Notes: generated from the sequence alone by a model not told the origin. Numbered from the stretch's first letter, positions 47,542 through 59,029 are shown. The stretch: 64,000 nucleotides of DNA from Longimicrobiales bacterium (GCA_965116905.1 OZ220732.1:736001-800000); one strand, 5' to 3'. Numbers and translations: made by a program.

Positions 47542-49305
47542 GTGACCGGAACACTTACGTTTCTGAATCAGCTTCTACGCGGCGATTGGCTCTTTGAGAT
47601 TCCCATCTACCAGCGCGGCTACGCCTGGGGACAGGAGAACCTCCGGGATCTTTGGGACGATCTCTACTACCTCGGCGACCGAGAACACTACTTCGGTACC
47701 ATCCTGCTCAAGAAGGCGGAAAAGAGAACGAGAGCCCCCCTAAGAGACTTCGATCACTTCGAGGTAATCGATGGTCAGCAACGGCTGACGACAACCCTCA
47801 TCCTGCTTCGTGAGTTGATCTCCCAACTCAAGGATTTCCGCGACGAAGAAGTGAGTGGCCAGGCTTCCAAGCTCGAAGAGGACTACATCGTTTACCGGGA
47901 CCACTACAAGCTGGCTGTCGGCGGCGAAGACAAATCCTTCTTCCGAGAATCAATCCTGGCTGGTAGGTCCGCCACCGCCCCCCAGACCCGGGCCCAGGAG
48001 CGGCTACTAAGTGCCCAGGAGTTCTTCCGCGACTTGCTCGGTCGGCAAAGAGAATCCAGGGGTGATCAGTATCTCGACTTCCTGATCGAACTCAAGAGTC
48101 GGATCGACCGGCTGCAGGTCATGCTGTACATAGTGCCGTCAACTGCCGAGGCGGTCCGCATGTTCGAGACGGTGAACGACCGCGGGCAACCGTTGACGAA
48201 TCTGGAGAAGACGAAAAGCATCCTGATGTACGCCTCGTATCTCGTCGTTGACGACCCCACCGCCCTGGACACGCTGCTCTCAGAACTGAACGACCACTTT
48301 TCGGAGATCTACAAGTGCTTCAAGGACGTCGAGGAAGCGCTTGGGCTTCGCGATGCAGGTGAGATTCAACGCTATCATCACATCTTCTTCATTGGCTCGA
48401 AGGACTCCCACAAGCACATGCGGGTGCTCAAGGATCTTCTCATGGGGAAGAGCCGGGAGGATCCGGAAGACTGTAGGCGGTTCATTCGCAGGTACACCAG
48501 CGACCTCCGGCACGCGTTCGAAACGATGCGGGAGGTCGCGAGACGCAGGCGGGATAGGAGTGCGCTGGGCAGTGCAATCGACAGGCTCTTCCTAATCGGG
48601 CGTGTGGGGAATCTATATCCGCTTCTGATCGCCGGATGGCAGAAGTTCACGAAGGAATCGCAGCGCGAGGAGATTGTGTGCCTGTTCGAGGCTTTCGTAT
48701 TGCGAGTCTACCGTGTCGCCAGGCGGTACAGCCATACTGGTGGGAGTAGCCTGAACTGGTGGGCCCGTCAGGTCCACGGGGGGCACCGCGCCTACGCAGA
48801 CTTTCTCCACGGGTTGCGGGAACTGACTCAGTACTGGGGCAGCGACAACGCATTCCGACGACACTTGTCTGCGACGCACTGCTACGGGAATCTCGGTACG
48901 GGGACGATCAAATACCTGCTCGCAGAGTACGAGATGAAGCGCCGTATCGAAGCCCGCGAGCCGTTGCAGTTGGACCTTGCTGAGATCCTCTCGTCCGATT
49001 ACGAGACGGAGCACATCCTCCCGCAGCACCCCGCGGGGGGCCTAGGCGAGGAAGAGATGATCGCGCACCAGGAGATCGTCCATCGCCTGGGCAACCTGAC
49101 CATCGCGTCGAAGGACTGGAATCGGAGCATGAGCAACCGTCCCTTCGAGGAGAAGAAGGAATACTACGGCAATTCCATCCTGCGAGTCCAACGCGACCTA
49201 GAGGAATGGAGGGAATGGAACGAAGCGTCCATTCAAGAGCGCGGCGAGACTATCATCGACTTCGCTTTGGAGCGTTGGCGAATTGATCCCACGGTCCCTG
49301 AGTGA
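47542..49305 (+). CDS. DUF262 + DUF1524 (HNH) protein, GmrSD/SspE-like
   Basis: IPIYQRGYAW, VIDGQQRLTT, FETVNDRG; TEHILPQ...LGNLT...WN. Confidence 0.92.
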   Translation: MTGTLTFLNQLLRGDWLFEIPIYQRGYAWGQENLRDLWDDLYYLGDREHYFGTILLKKAEKRTRAPLRDFDHFEVIDGQQRLTTTLILLRELISQLKDFRDEEVSGQASKLEEDYIVYRDHYKLAVGGEDKSFFRESILAGRSATAPQTRAQERLLSAQEFFRDLLGRQRESRGDQYLDFLIELKSRIDRLQVMLYIVPSTAEAVRMFETVNDRGQPLTNLEKTKSILMYASYLVVDDPTALDTLLSELNDHFSEIYKCFKDVEEALGLRDAGEIQRYHHIFFIGSKDSHKHMRVLKDLLMGKSREDPEDCRRFIRRYTSDLRHAFETMREVARRRRDRSALGSAIDRLFLIGRVGNLYPLLIAGWQKFTKESQREEIVCLFEAFVLRVYRVARRYSHTGGSSLNWWARQVHGGHRAYADFLHGLRELTQYWGSDNAFRRHLSATHCYGNLGTGTIKYLLAEYEMKRRIEAREPLQLDLAEILSSDYETEHILPQHPAGGLGEEEMIAHQEIVHRLGNLTIASKDWNRSMSNRPFEEKKEYYGNSILRVQRDLEEWREWNEASIQERGETIIDFALERWRIDPTVPE

Positions 49306-49384
49306 CTGGTCTGCCGGTCTCTTCCTCCTCGACAACTGGCACGACATCATCGGTGATCCACCTTCGCCGACGCCATCCTCGACT

Positions 49385-49715
49385 GGCTCCTCCACAACTC
49401 TCAACCGCATCACCCTCAGAGGCGCTCGTCGAGCATTCCTGACAACCGACGACCCTGGACAGATACGGGCCACATTTTGTCCGGCGGCCGTCGGCTTGTC
49501 CCACGAGAATGCTCGAGCAATTCAAAGCGTGCGATTCCATTCGAAGCCGAGAAGCCCAGCCCCCCGACGACGCGTCGCGCGCCATAATCATTGGTATTGG
49601 CGGTGGGAGGGAGGGAAGAAGAGGGCGGCGATGTTAGTTGCCGTCGTGGTGGACGAGCCAAGCTGCAGCGAGTGGGGATCGGCACGAGCGGAGGTTGACC
49701 GGGTGACGCGGCGGT
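49385..49715 (+). repeat. Degenerate scaffold echo plus downstream repeat
   Basis: Matches 55870-56210 (GCGATTCCATTCGAAGCCG, AGGGCGGCGATG, GGAGGTTGA.CGGGT.ACGCGGCGGTGGG). Confidence 0.8.
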
Positions 49716-50041
49716 GGGCTGGTCGCGGTGGGCCATCACGGCCTGGGCTCGTCCGCGACCGAGCGGATCTCAGGTCAGAAACGTGGCCACCGGTGGCGCA
49801 ATCTGGGCTGTCTCGGCCTCGCGAATAGGCGGAACCGCGATCACTAGCATGACCCCAAAGAGCGACCGGTGCCGGCACCTGCTCCCTTGCTCACTGGCGA
49901 CCCGCCGTGTACTTCAGAACGGCGCAACGACAATCGGGGCTATCGCACGGTCAGCCGGTCCGCCGGTCGCGCTAGCAGCATTCAATTCAATCCGGAGAAG
50001 TACTTCACGTTTGGGCCAATCCGCCCAGAGAGGAATGAGCA

Positions 50042-52932
50042 GTGGCCGAGAATGACAGTAAGGGCGCTCAGGATAACGCCCGGCGCGTGCGTGTCGAGTG
50101 GCTTCCGACGTACTCGCAAATGCGTCGCTTCATCGGGGTGTTGATCGGCCGCCCGAAGACCAACTTCACCGGACTCCAGAAAGAGCTGTGGGGGCTCCGC
50201 GGCACGCCGCAAAAGACCGTCGATTGGAAAGACCCGGACACCTGGATCGACGAGAGGGTCCCCGGCGAATACCACGAGTTGGCCCTGGCGATCTGGACCA
50301 AAAGCGGTGTCAATCCCAGGTACACAGATGACCATTGGAGGCTCATCCAGAACTACGAACTGCTCGCGGAGGGAGCGGACGGCAAACTGGAGTTGGCCGA
50401 ACGTGGAATCGACTTTATCGACCACGAGTTCGGCGAGGCAGAGGTGTTTCTGGACGAACAAGAAGGCATCATCAACCTCCTCACACTTGTGGCTGGTGCC
50501 GGATCCGCCGGCGCGAGCCGTTCAGCGCTACGTGAGCCGTGGAAGGAGTACCTCACTCGCCATTCGGGATACCAGGCACGCACTACCGTCGACTCAACAC
50601 TCTCGTCACGCCTGAATCACCTTGTCCACCGGGGTTTGGTCAAGCGCGACGGTTCCGACTACGAGATTACCAAGGCGGGATTCGATCACCTGAAGAGGGC
50701 TTCCGTTGACTCGGCGATTACGAAAGGCCTGTGGGACTCGTACCTCGCAACTGCAAAGGAGCGTCAAGAGGAAATCGCCAGACAGGAAGACTACAAGGCG
50801 ACTCTGGCAGAGGAGCTGGCCAAAGCCCGTAGGGCGTTGTTGAGCGACGACGATGGGTGGCCACGGCTGGTGATCGCCGCGATCAAGCACAAAGACAACA
50901 ACATCATCTTCCACGTCAACAAGTCGAAGCTGACGAACTGGATCGAAGGCAATCGAGCCGAGGCAAGAGAAGCCCTACTGGGGATGTGGTCTCAAGGCGA
51001 TCGATCACCTGGTGACCGCGTCCACTCCTTCGACGCCAAGGTGCCGGAATCCGTTTGGCCGCGAACTGCCGTGGGCACACGGCTCAATTCGGCATCGTAC
51101 CTCATGATGGGACTCGACGCGCAGCGCTATCCGCCCTATCAGATCAGGCTGTTCACCAACGCGTATCGGTGGCTCGGGTATCCGATGTCTGCCGCCAAGG
51201 ACGCAGGGGGTGCGTACGAACACGCCTTGGGGTTCCTCGATCGCCTACTTGAAGAAGCACATAAGCGTGGAATGGATAGACCCAGTACCCGGTTGGACGC
51301 GCAATCTGTCGTTTGGCAGCTCCGGAACGAGCCCGCGGAAGACGGAGGGGGCGCTAGACCGACAGATGGGTTCACGAAACTCGCCAAATCCCTCAAGGAC
51401 GCCGGTCTTCTTTTCTCTCAGGAACTAGTCGCCAACTACATCCTGGCCTTGCAGACCAAGCGGTTCGCCATTCTGACGGGGATCTCGGGGACCGGGAAGA
51501 CTAAGATCGCCAAGGCCTTGGCAGGGCACTTCGAACTGAGGAGGCCGGCCGCCAAGATTCCGGGTGATGCTGTCCTCCGAAGGGTGATGCCCGCCCACGT
51601 CAAGTTCGCCAAGCTCGTCTTGCCTGTGGCCATCCGCGACGAACTCAACATCGAAACAAAACCGAGCGCCGGCACAGGACCAACGCTTATCGTACGGTAT
51701 CCAGGTGGGCATGCTAGGCTTCGGACTTTCCTAGCCGGCGGAATGAATCCGATTCTTCAGTTCAAAGGAGATTTTCGGGAGTGGTTCCAGTCGACCTTCA
51801 AGGAGGGCAGTCAGTTCTGGCTTCGAGTGCAGCCCAGCGAAACGGACGACCACGGTGAACTGGAAATCGGACTACCCGGCACTGAAGTCGTCGACAAACG
51901 CCTCGACAACTGCGTCGTCATCCCCGTCCGCCCCGACTGGGTCGACAACCGTGGCCTGCTCGGCTACCTCAACCCCCTGACGAACGAGTACTCGACCACC
52001 CCGTTCCTGAATCTGCTGCTCCGGGCGCGCGACGAGGAAGAAAGAGCCGAGGCGGTCGGCGAGGAGCCACACCCCTTCTTCGTCATTCTCGACGAAATGA
52101 ATCTGGCCCGTGTCGAACACTACTTCTCGGACTTCCTGTCGGCCCTCGAATCAGGCGAGGCCATTCCGCTTCACGAGAACGCAGCAATCGAGAGCGGCGA
52201 GTCCGAATCGGGCCCCCAGGTGCCCCGAGAGCTGAAGGTGCCCGGCAACGTCCTCTTCACCGGCACCGTGAACGTTGACGAGACTACGTACATGTTCAGC
52301 CCCAAGGTGCTCGACCGCGCATTCACCATCGAGTTCGACCAGGTCGACCTGGAAGGGTTCACGACGGGGGAAGCCAGTGACGACGCCTCTGAGCTGGACC
52401 TCGATGGCGTCGAGGACTCACTCGATCTCCTGCGATGCGGGTCCTCGGACGGGGACTGGAAACCCAGACGTGAAGACTGGGTGGCGTTCAGCAAGGGGAA
52501 ACCCGAACACCACACGGCTCTCCTCCAGCTCCACGCCATCCTGGAGAGACAGCACCGGCACTTCGGATACCGTGTCGCCAACGAGATCGCCCGGTTCGTG
52601 AACCTGGCGCGCGAACAAGCGGCGGATCCGGACACAGCCGCAGACGCTGCCTTCGATCTCGCGCTCCTCCAGAAGGTCCTGCCGAAGTTCCATGGGACAC
52701 AACAGGAGTTGGAGTCTCTGCTCGAACAGCTCTTCCACTTCGCGTTGCACGGTGGCGACCACGGGTCAGAGGGGAACAGTCTGCGAAAGTGGACGACTGG
52801 AACGTCGTTGCCGGTCGTTTGACGGGCTCGTCCGCTGACGCAAAGGCCCCGGCCTACCCACGCACCGGTGCGAAGGTCTTGCGAATGCTCCAGCGCCTGC
52901 GGGACCGGGGCTTCACTTCGTTTATCGAGTGA
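50042..52932 (+). CDS. McrB-like AAA+ GTPase with an extended N-terminus (frameshift near 52770)
   Basis: GISGTGKT, VRPDW, ILDEMNLARVEHYFS, GTVNVDETT, QKVLPK. The track ORF stops at 52822, but the family-like tail AKVLRMLQRLRDRGFTSFIE* ends at 52932 in another frame. Confidence 0.88.
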
Positions 52933-52939
52933 CCGGCCC

Positions 52940-54676
52940 GTGAACGGTTCCGCCGGGGCAGGAAAGTCCAGCCGTGTCGCTGTCCACCCTTACGGCCATG
53001 ATGAGCCGGTCGAGGAAACAGACTGCGGCTACCGCTTGCAAAGCGAACGGCAGTGGGCCCTCGCAGGGGACGACGAGGCACTCGAGCAGATAGCGAACCA
53101 GTTGCCGAGTTCGAACCGGAAATGGGTCGCACAACGAAGCGCCCTCATCCTCAACCTCGTCAACTCGGTCGGCGTCCTTGAACTACCCCACCTCGGGACC
53201 CTCGACCTGGTCACCCGCAAGTTCGACGGAAACCAGTTCGAAGCCATGCTCCGCGCCCTAACCGAGTCGGCAACCACCCTCCCATTCTCAGCAAACGAAG
53301 CCGCCGCCGGCCGCTACTCCGTCAGCACCGCACCCCGCGACGATGTCCTCTACCACGCCTTCGTCTACCTGCGCTACATCCTTTCGAACAGGGCCGCGGA
53401 GGAAGTACGCCTGCTTCCCGCCCTCGAGATGACCGTAAGGGAGCCGCACCGGTTGTGGCGCAGCCATCGCCGGGACGTGCGGATTGAAGCCATGACGAGA
53501 GTGGACGCGCATACCCCGCTCGATCTCGTCACGCGGCCCGGGATAGCCGTGGAAGCGTCGTCCCTCTCACCCTCGGGGGCGAGGCTCGCCAAACGACTGG
53601 GCTGGCGTCTCCCGGAATTCGTCTCGGAGCGGAAGATCAGGCCGACAACCGATACCGCCGAGAACCGATTCGTGAAGGCCTTCATCGGACAGGCTCGGAC
53701 CATCATCGGTCGCATGCGATCCGTGGTGAGCTCGCCTGAGCCCAACGCGTTCCGATGGAACCTTCTGCGGGACTGCGATCGCATGGAGGCGTCGTTGATG
53801 CCGATCGCCCGGCACAGCATGTGGCAAGAAGTCGGAAGAATGGTGCGGATCCCCTTCTCGTCCACCGTGCTTCAGCGACGGCGGGGGTATCGCCGCGTGC
53901 TCCAGCACTTTTCCCGGATTCGCCTTGCCCCGACGATCCCGCTCGACAAGGACGGCATGCGCGACCTCCTCGAACTCAAGGACATCGCGCTTCTGTACGA
54001 GCTTTGGACCTTCTTCCGGCTGGTTCACGAGATCTCGGCGGTGCTGGGGAGGCCGCCCGTTCGATCGGAGCCGCTGGTCAGCGATCCCTTCCAGACCGGT
54101 TTAGAAGCCGGCGGAACCTTCGAATGGGATCCGGGCGTGCGCCTGGTCTACAACCAGCGCTTCTCCAAGTCAGCGAGGGCACAGACGCGTTCCTACTCCT
54201 ACTCGGTGCCGCTGATCCCCGACATCGCTCTCTCGGTCCCCGCCGGGCCGAACGCCGGCCTTCACCTGTTCGACGCGAAGTTCCGGGTCCACGGACTCGC
54301 CGACGTGGGGTTCGACGCGGACTACAAGAAGGCCGACGACGAGAAGGCCGCAGAGCGGGCGGGTTCGTTCAAGAGTGCGGACATCTACAAAATGCACGCG
54401 TATCGCGACGCGATTCCAGACGCGCGGTCGGTGTGGATCCTGTACCCGGGTGGACGGTTTCGGTTCTTTGGGGTACCGGAGGATGGTGGGCAACGTGGCG
54501 GCCGGGTGGTTTCGTCGGCCGAAGGGCTGCCTGAAGAGCTGAAGGGGGTGGGTGCGATTCCGGTGGCTCCGATCATCGGCGGGGAGGGGAACAACGGCCG
54601 AGGAATGGCGCCTGCGAGCGGCGAGGCGCTGCGAGCTACATTGGGGCGGATGCTGGGGACTGGGGCAGGAATGTAA
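52940..54676 (+). CDS. McrC-like DUF2357 / PD-(D/E)XK nuclease
   Basis: DTAENRFVK, LYELWTF, PDIAL...FDAKFR, DIYKMHAYRDAI, ILYPG. Confidence 0.9.
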   Translation: MNGSAGAGKSSRVAVHPYGHDEPVEETDCGYRLQSERQWALAGDDEALEQIANQLPSSNRKWVAQRSALILNLVNSVGVLELPHLGTLDLVTRKFDGNQFEAMLRALTESATTLPFSANEAAAGRYSVSTAPRDDVLYHAFVYLRYILSNRAAEEVRLLPALEMTVREPHRLWRSHRRDVRIEAMTRVDAHTPLDLVTRPGIAVEASSLSPSGARLAKRLGWRLPEFVSERKIRPTTDTAENRFVKAFIGQARTIIGRMRSVVSSPEPNAFRWNLLRDCDRMEASLMPIARHSMWQEVGRMVRIPFSSTVLQRRRGYRRVLQHFSRIRLAPTIPLDKDGMRDLLELKDIALLYELWTFFRLVHEISAVLGRPPVRSEPLVSDPFQTGLEAGGTFEWDPGVRLVYNQRFSKSARAQTRSYSYSVPLIPDIALSVPAGPNAGLHLFDAKFRVHGLADVGFDADYKKADDEKAAERAGSFKSADIYKMHAYRDAIPDARSVWILYPGGRFRFFGVPEDGGQRGGRVVSSAEGLPEELKGVGAIPVAPIIGGEGNNGRGMAPASGEALRATLGRMLGTGAGM

Positions 54677-54710
54677 ACTGAACTGCGATGATCGAACCGG
54701 AATCAGCACT

Positions 54711-54968
54711 TCAGATTTCGACATCGCGGAACAGCTCATCAGCGCTATCGAAACGCTGGCCCTCACCGTCGTCCAGTTCCTTCATGGCCTCGACGGTCGT
54801 CGCGTTTGGTACCTGGACGATGAAGGGCAGTCGCTTCTCCTCGGCAACCCGCAGCAGCACCATGCGGATGACATCCGACACGGACAGGCCCATGGCCTTG
54901 AGCGCCTCGGTGGCACGTGCCTTGGTGTCGCTGTCGATTCTGGCGCGGACGACGGTGTCGGTACTCAT
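54711..54968 (-). CDS. RelB/DinJ family antitoxin (orphan)
   Basis: MSTDTVVRARIDSDTKARATEALKAMGLSVSDVIR...PNATTVEAM...FDSADELF. Confidence 0.88.
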   Translation of the reverse strand: MSTDTVVRARIDSDTKARATEALKAMGLSVSDVIRMVLLRVAEEKRLPFIVQVPNATTVEAMKELDDGEGQRFDSADELFRDVEI

Positions 54969-55049
54969 TCTGGATCTCCTGTGTGTAGCTTCATTGTAGC
55001 TACAGGCCGATCCGGCAGCAAGACGAGCGCCTGACCGGCCGCACACCCG

Positions 55050-56210
55050 GGATTCCCGGAACCCTTCTGGCCGAGCGATCCGGCAAGGACGGCATCGAAC
55101 GCATAGGGGACTTCGAGGAATGGTACGGAAGCCAGGGGGGAGAGTCCCTCCGGCCCGTCAGGACGGTCCTCGTCGGTCTCGGGCTCGATGCGAGCGCCCA
55201 CCGAATGGTGCCCTACCTGGCGGACAGGGCTATCGAGATCCGGCTGGTGACCTTCCATGGCTACGTCAACGACCAGGAGATGCTGTTGGCCAGGCAGGTA
55301 CGGGCTGCCGACGATACCCGTTCGTCGTCCGCCGGTCCGCCAAGCGCGTCCGACCTGAAACGGAAGGCCACCGAGCACGGAGTTGCGGCGATCTGGCAGG
55401 ATGCCCGAGAATCGCTGGACTACAGTGTCCGGACGTACTGCACGAAAGCCGGCATCACCTACCTGCAGCGGACGACCACCCTGCCCGATGGCGTGCGTGT
55501 CCGCGGGTCGCACTGCGTAACGATCGGCGAGGCCGGGGGAATCCGGATCACGTTCTATCCGTCGGCCGTCGTCCTGTGCCACGAGGAGTTCGAGCAGGTC
55601 GGGGATGCGGTTTCGTTCGAAGGCGGAGAGCCCCCGAACGCGCTTGGGACGCGACGTGCGCCGAACCAGTGGTATTGCAGGCTCGACGAGCAGTCGTGGC
55701 AGCGGGGCAGGGCGCGTCTGATCGAGTTTGTTCGGGCCGTAGAGGACGCGTGGCGGGAGCATGAGCGGAAGGTGGTGGACGGGGCTGGAGGGCGGGTTGC
55801 GACGGACGAAGTGGAGCTGGAGGACAAGTAGTCCTGCCGACTCGGGAGATTGTTGAACCGGACCGAAGTCCGGCATCACCTGCCTGCAACGGACGACCAT
55901 CCTGCCCGACGACGCGCGTGTCCGCGGGTCGCATTCCGTGATGGTCGACGAACTCGGACATACGGACCAGTTCCTGTCCGAGGGGCCTGTGCCACGAGGA
56001 GTTCGAGCAGCTCGGGGATGCGATTCCATTCGAAGCCGGGAGTTCCGAACGCCTCGGCGACGCGTCGCGCGCCGAAACAGTGGTATGCAGGCGGGAAGGG
56101 GGGAGGAGAAAAGGGCGGCGATGGCAGTTGCGGTCGCGGTGGCCGGACGGAACTGCAGCGAGTGGGAAAAGGGCATTGGGGGAGGTTGAGCGGGTCACGC
56201 GGCGGTGGGA
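55050..56210 (+). repeat. Truncated-gene scaffold repeat, copy D (longest) plus degenerate echo
   Basis: LLAERSGKDGIERIGDFEEWYG...VLVGLG... to the stop at 55831; decayed partial copy at 55870-56090. Confidence 0.9.
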
Positions 56211-56945
56211 TAGTGGCGGAAGTCGGTGGCCACCCGGCGCGGGGGAACGGGAACGTGCTGGAAACGGACACAAAAACCTGGTTTCCCGGTCGGGATTGAC
56301 ATCTGTTCCATTTGGTATGGGTATGACACCAAGGAGGCGGGGCGCTCGGATTCAGAGACCCTCGCCACAGGCGGGTACCGGATGAAAAAGCCGGGGAAGC
56401 TGTATGCGAGGAATTGGCCGAGGGCCATAGGGAAGCTCGAGTCTTCGCCGAAGCCGCACCTTCAGGCCCCAGCGGGGCGGAACCACGACCCAGTGCATTG
56501 GTCACGCATGGGCGTGGCGCAAACGGATGCGTGTCCCTCACATCTGGGCGATCCCCCGTACGATTTCCGATGACGCAGGATCTCGGCCAAGCCCAGCGCG
56601 AGCCAATACCGTCGGCAGACGACCTCCTCGAACTCGAGGCGCCTTTGATCGGCACCGCCGCCGTCACTCTAAGAGCACTGCTCGGCGATCACGGCCCGCG
56701 GAATGGTAGTTTCGGCCCCCAACGGAGGTGTTGGCGACACACCCGCAAGCCCCTGCTGCAGACGCCGCCGTCACCCGTACACTTCCACTTCACGCTACCC
56801 GCACTTTGCCGCTGCGGAGCCGCATTCGCCAAGCAAGCGTGGCTTCCGGGGCACACTGAGCAAGCGATGAAGGGTTGACACTGAGAGTGGACCCTGTGAG
56901 CGTGGGCTAGCCACGCACTATCGACCCTTCGACGAAGCAGGAGCC

Positions 56946-57179
56946 ATGAGCTACACCAGAACAGCCCCCCCTACTGAGAGCTATTTGCCCAGGAGAACTT
57001 CGGAAGGAATGCTGTTTCAGCGCGTACACGGGAAGCAACATGGACCGGCGCCACTGTGGCATCTTTGGGCCGATCCAGAAGGATGGGGTAGCGTGATGCT
57101 ATTTGTCCGAGACGGTACAACCGTCAAGGAGGCGACCGAGGAAGTGGCACGGACGCTCAGGCATCATGAGGAGGAGTGA
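56946..57179 (+). CDS. Hypothetical protein (77 aa)
   Basis: AGGAG RBS; TTGACA upstream at about 56875. Confidence 0.5.
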   Translation: MSYTRTAPPTESYLPRRTSEGMLFQRVHGKQHGPAPLWHLWADPEGWGSVMLFVRDGTTVKEATEEVARTLRHHEEE

Positions 57180-57293
57180 AGGAGTAGTCGGCCGCCTAAG
57201 GTCTACCATCAGCTACACCGACAACAAGGTAGCGCGCTTCGTGCGGCAGGCGATAGATTGAACGGCGGTGGTTCTACCGGCATTGGGAAATGA

Positions 57294-57911
57294 ATGGCGC
57301 TTACCCGCTCTGAGCACATGGCCCGGATTCGCAGCATCAATACCGGCCCCGAGATGAGGTTGCGGTCTCACCTCTGGGCCCGAGGGCTCCGGTATCGGTT
57401 ACACCGAACAACTCCGGTTGGACGACCAGACTTGGTCTTCCCCGGCAGCAGAGTTGCCGTATATGTAGACGGGTGCTTTTGGCATGGTTGCCCGCTCCAC
57501 TACGTTGCACCAAGGACAAAGCGGTCATTCTGGGCATCGAAGCTCGCCAAGAATGTCGAGCGCGACCGTCTCCAGACACTTGGATTGGAGAAGCGTGGCT
57601 GGACGGTCATCCGCGTTTGGGAGCACGAGGTGGACGAAGAACTGCCTGCGGTAGGTAACGCAGTCGAGCGAGTTGTCTTGGGCGAGAACGCATCGCCCAC
57701 GAACGATTGGCGTGTCTATAGGGTCGAGGACCTTCCCGGTAGGAGTGGTCACGAACGCCGGTATCTCGTGGATCTGCGAGTTCCAAATCGGTGGGCGGTC
57801 GACGAAGGACCTCGGTTCTCGCGCCGCGGTCCAGCGGACCGCGACGCTATTGCTCGACGGTGGACCGGACCGGATCTGGACGCCCTCTGCAACGGCACTG
57901 GAGAGCATTGA
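57294..57911 (+). CDS. vsr: Very-short-patch repair endonuclease with a C-terminal extension
   Basis: RSEHMARIRSINTGPE, GRPDLVF, VDGCFWHGCP, FWASKLAKNVERD, GWTVIRVWEHE. Confidence 0.93.
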   Translation: MALTRSEHMARIRSINTGPEMRLRSHLWARGLRYRLHRTTPVGRPDLVFPGSRVAVYVDGCFWHGCPLHYVAPRTKRSFWASKLAKNVERDRLQTLGLEKRGWTVIRVWEHEVDEELPAVGNAVERVVLGENASPTNDWRVYRVEDLPGRSGHERRYLVDLRVPNRWAVDEGPRFSRRGPADRDAIARRWTGPDLDALCNGTGEH

Positions 57912-59005
57912 TCGTGATCGTCGACCTATTCTCGGGTGCCGGTGGCTTCGCATTGGGAGCGGTGGAGGCTGGGCTGAAGGTCGCGCTTGCCGTAGATCAT
58001 GATCCAGTACTCACTTCATCGCATCGCCACAACCTAACTGACATTCCGCTATTGCTACGGGACCTCGGCGAAGTCGGATTACTCGACCTCTTGGAGGAGG
58101 CGAAACTTGCACCCGATCAGATTACCGGTGTTGTAGGAGGCCCCCCATGTCAAGGATTCAGCAGTATTGGCAAACGTGATGCTCGAGATTCCCGTAATGC
58201 CCTGGTGCCGCGCTTTTTTGGCATGGTCAATGAGCTGCGACCGCCTTTTTTTGTGTTCGAAAACGTCCCTGGGATAATGACCAAACGCTTCCGTCCTCTC
58301 CTCGACAATAGCATCGACCCACTCGTCAACCACTACACGGTGGTCGGGCCCCTAATCCTGAACGCCAGCGCCTTTGGGGCAGCCACCCACCGTCTGCGTG
58401 TCATAGTCCTCGGGATTCACCATCCAAGTAGCCCTGTGTCGGAGACTGACGTAGCAGGCACCGCTCAACCAACGGACGTCGCAGATGCGCTTTCCGGCCT
58501 TCCGGCGCCCTCCCAGAATGGTCACAAGCCCCACTTTGGTTGGCAGCAACTGGAACCAGAAACCGACATTAGCACCTACGCACTCAGCATGAGAAGGACT
58601 CCACCTGACATCTCCGGTGCGCTCGTTAAGGACGCGCACAAACAGGGTCGCGTTTCCGGGTTCCAAGCTACACGACACTCCTCGCACGTGATCGAACGTT
58701 TCTCCAACATACAGCCCGGCGACAGAGATTCCGTCTCGAAGTTTCCCCGCTTGCATCTAGATCGCCCGGCGCCGACGCTCCGCGCCGGCACCGGCCGGGA
58801 CCGCGGGAGCTACCAGTCCGTACGGCCCATACACCCGGTTGAGCCGCGTGTAATCACGGTTCGTGAGGCGGCCCGCCTTCAGGGCTTTCCCGATTGGTTT
58901 GTATTTCACCGAACGAAATGGCACAGCTTTCGAATGATCGGCAACAGCATCGTTCCCACCATGGCGCAACGGCTATTGGAGGCTTGCCAATCACGGATAC
59001 GGTAG
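57908..59005 (+). CDS. DNA (cytosine-5)-methyltransferase
   Basis: DLFSGAGG, GGPPCQGFS, FENVPG, ITVREAARLQGFPD, IGNSI. Confidence 0.95.
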   Translation: MIVIVDLFSGAGGFALGAVEAGLKVALAVDHDPVLTSSHRHNLTDIPLLLRDLGEVGLLDLLEEAKLAPDQITGVVGGPPCQGFSSIGKRDARDSRNALVPRFFGMVNELRPPFFVFENVPGIMTKRFRPLLDNSIDPLVNHYTVVGPLILNASAFGAATHRLRVIVLGIHHPSSPVSETDVAGTAQPTDVADALSGLPAPSQNGHKPHFGWQQLEPETDISTYALSMRRTPPDISGALVKDAHKQGRVSGFQATRHSSHVIERFSNIQPGDRDSVSKFPRLHLDRPAPTLRAGTGRDRGSYQSVRPIHPVEPRVITVREAARLQGFPDWFVFHRTKWHSFRMIGNSIVPTMAQRLLEACQSRIR

Positions 59006-59029
59006 TAGTATGATGAAAGGAGCCACACA

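Noticed and set aside
27640..56210. Scaffold repeats as DGR template/variable repeats or retro-copies
   Set aside because: No reverse transcriptase in the window; differences include indels and do not appear adenine-specific.
56210..56900. ORFs 56226-56573 and 56414-56878
   Set aside because: No motifs or convincing starts; may be decayed sequence.
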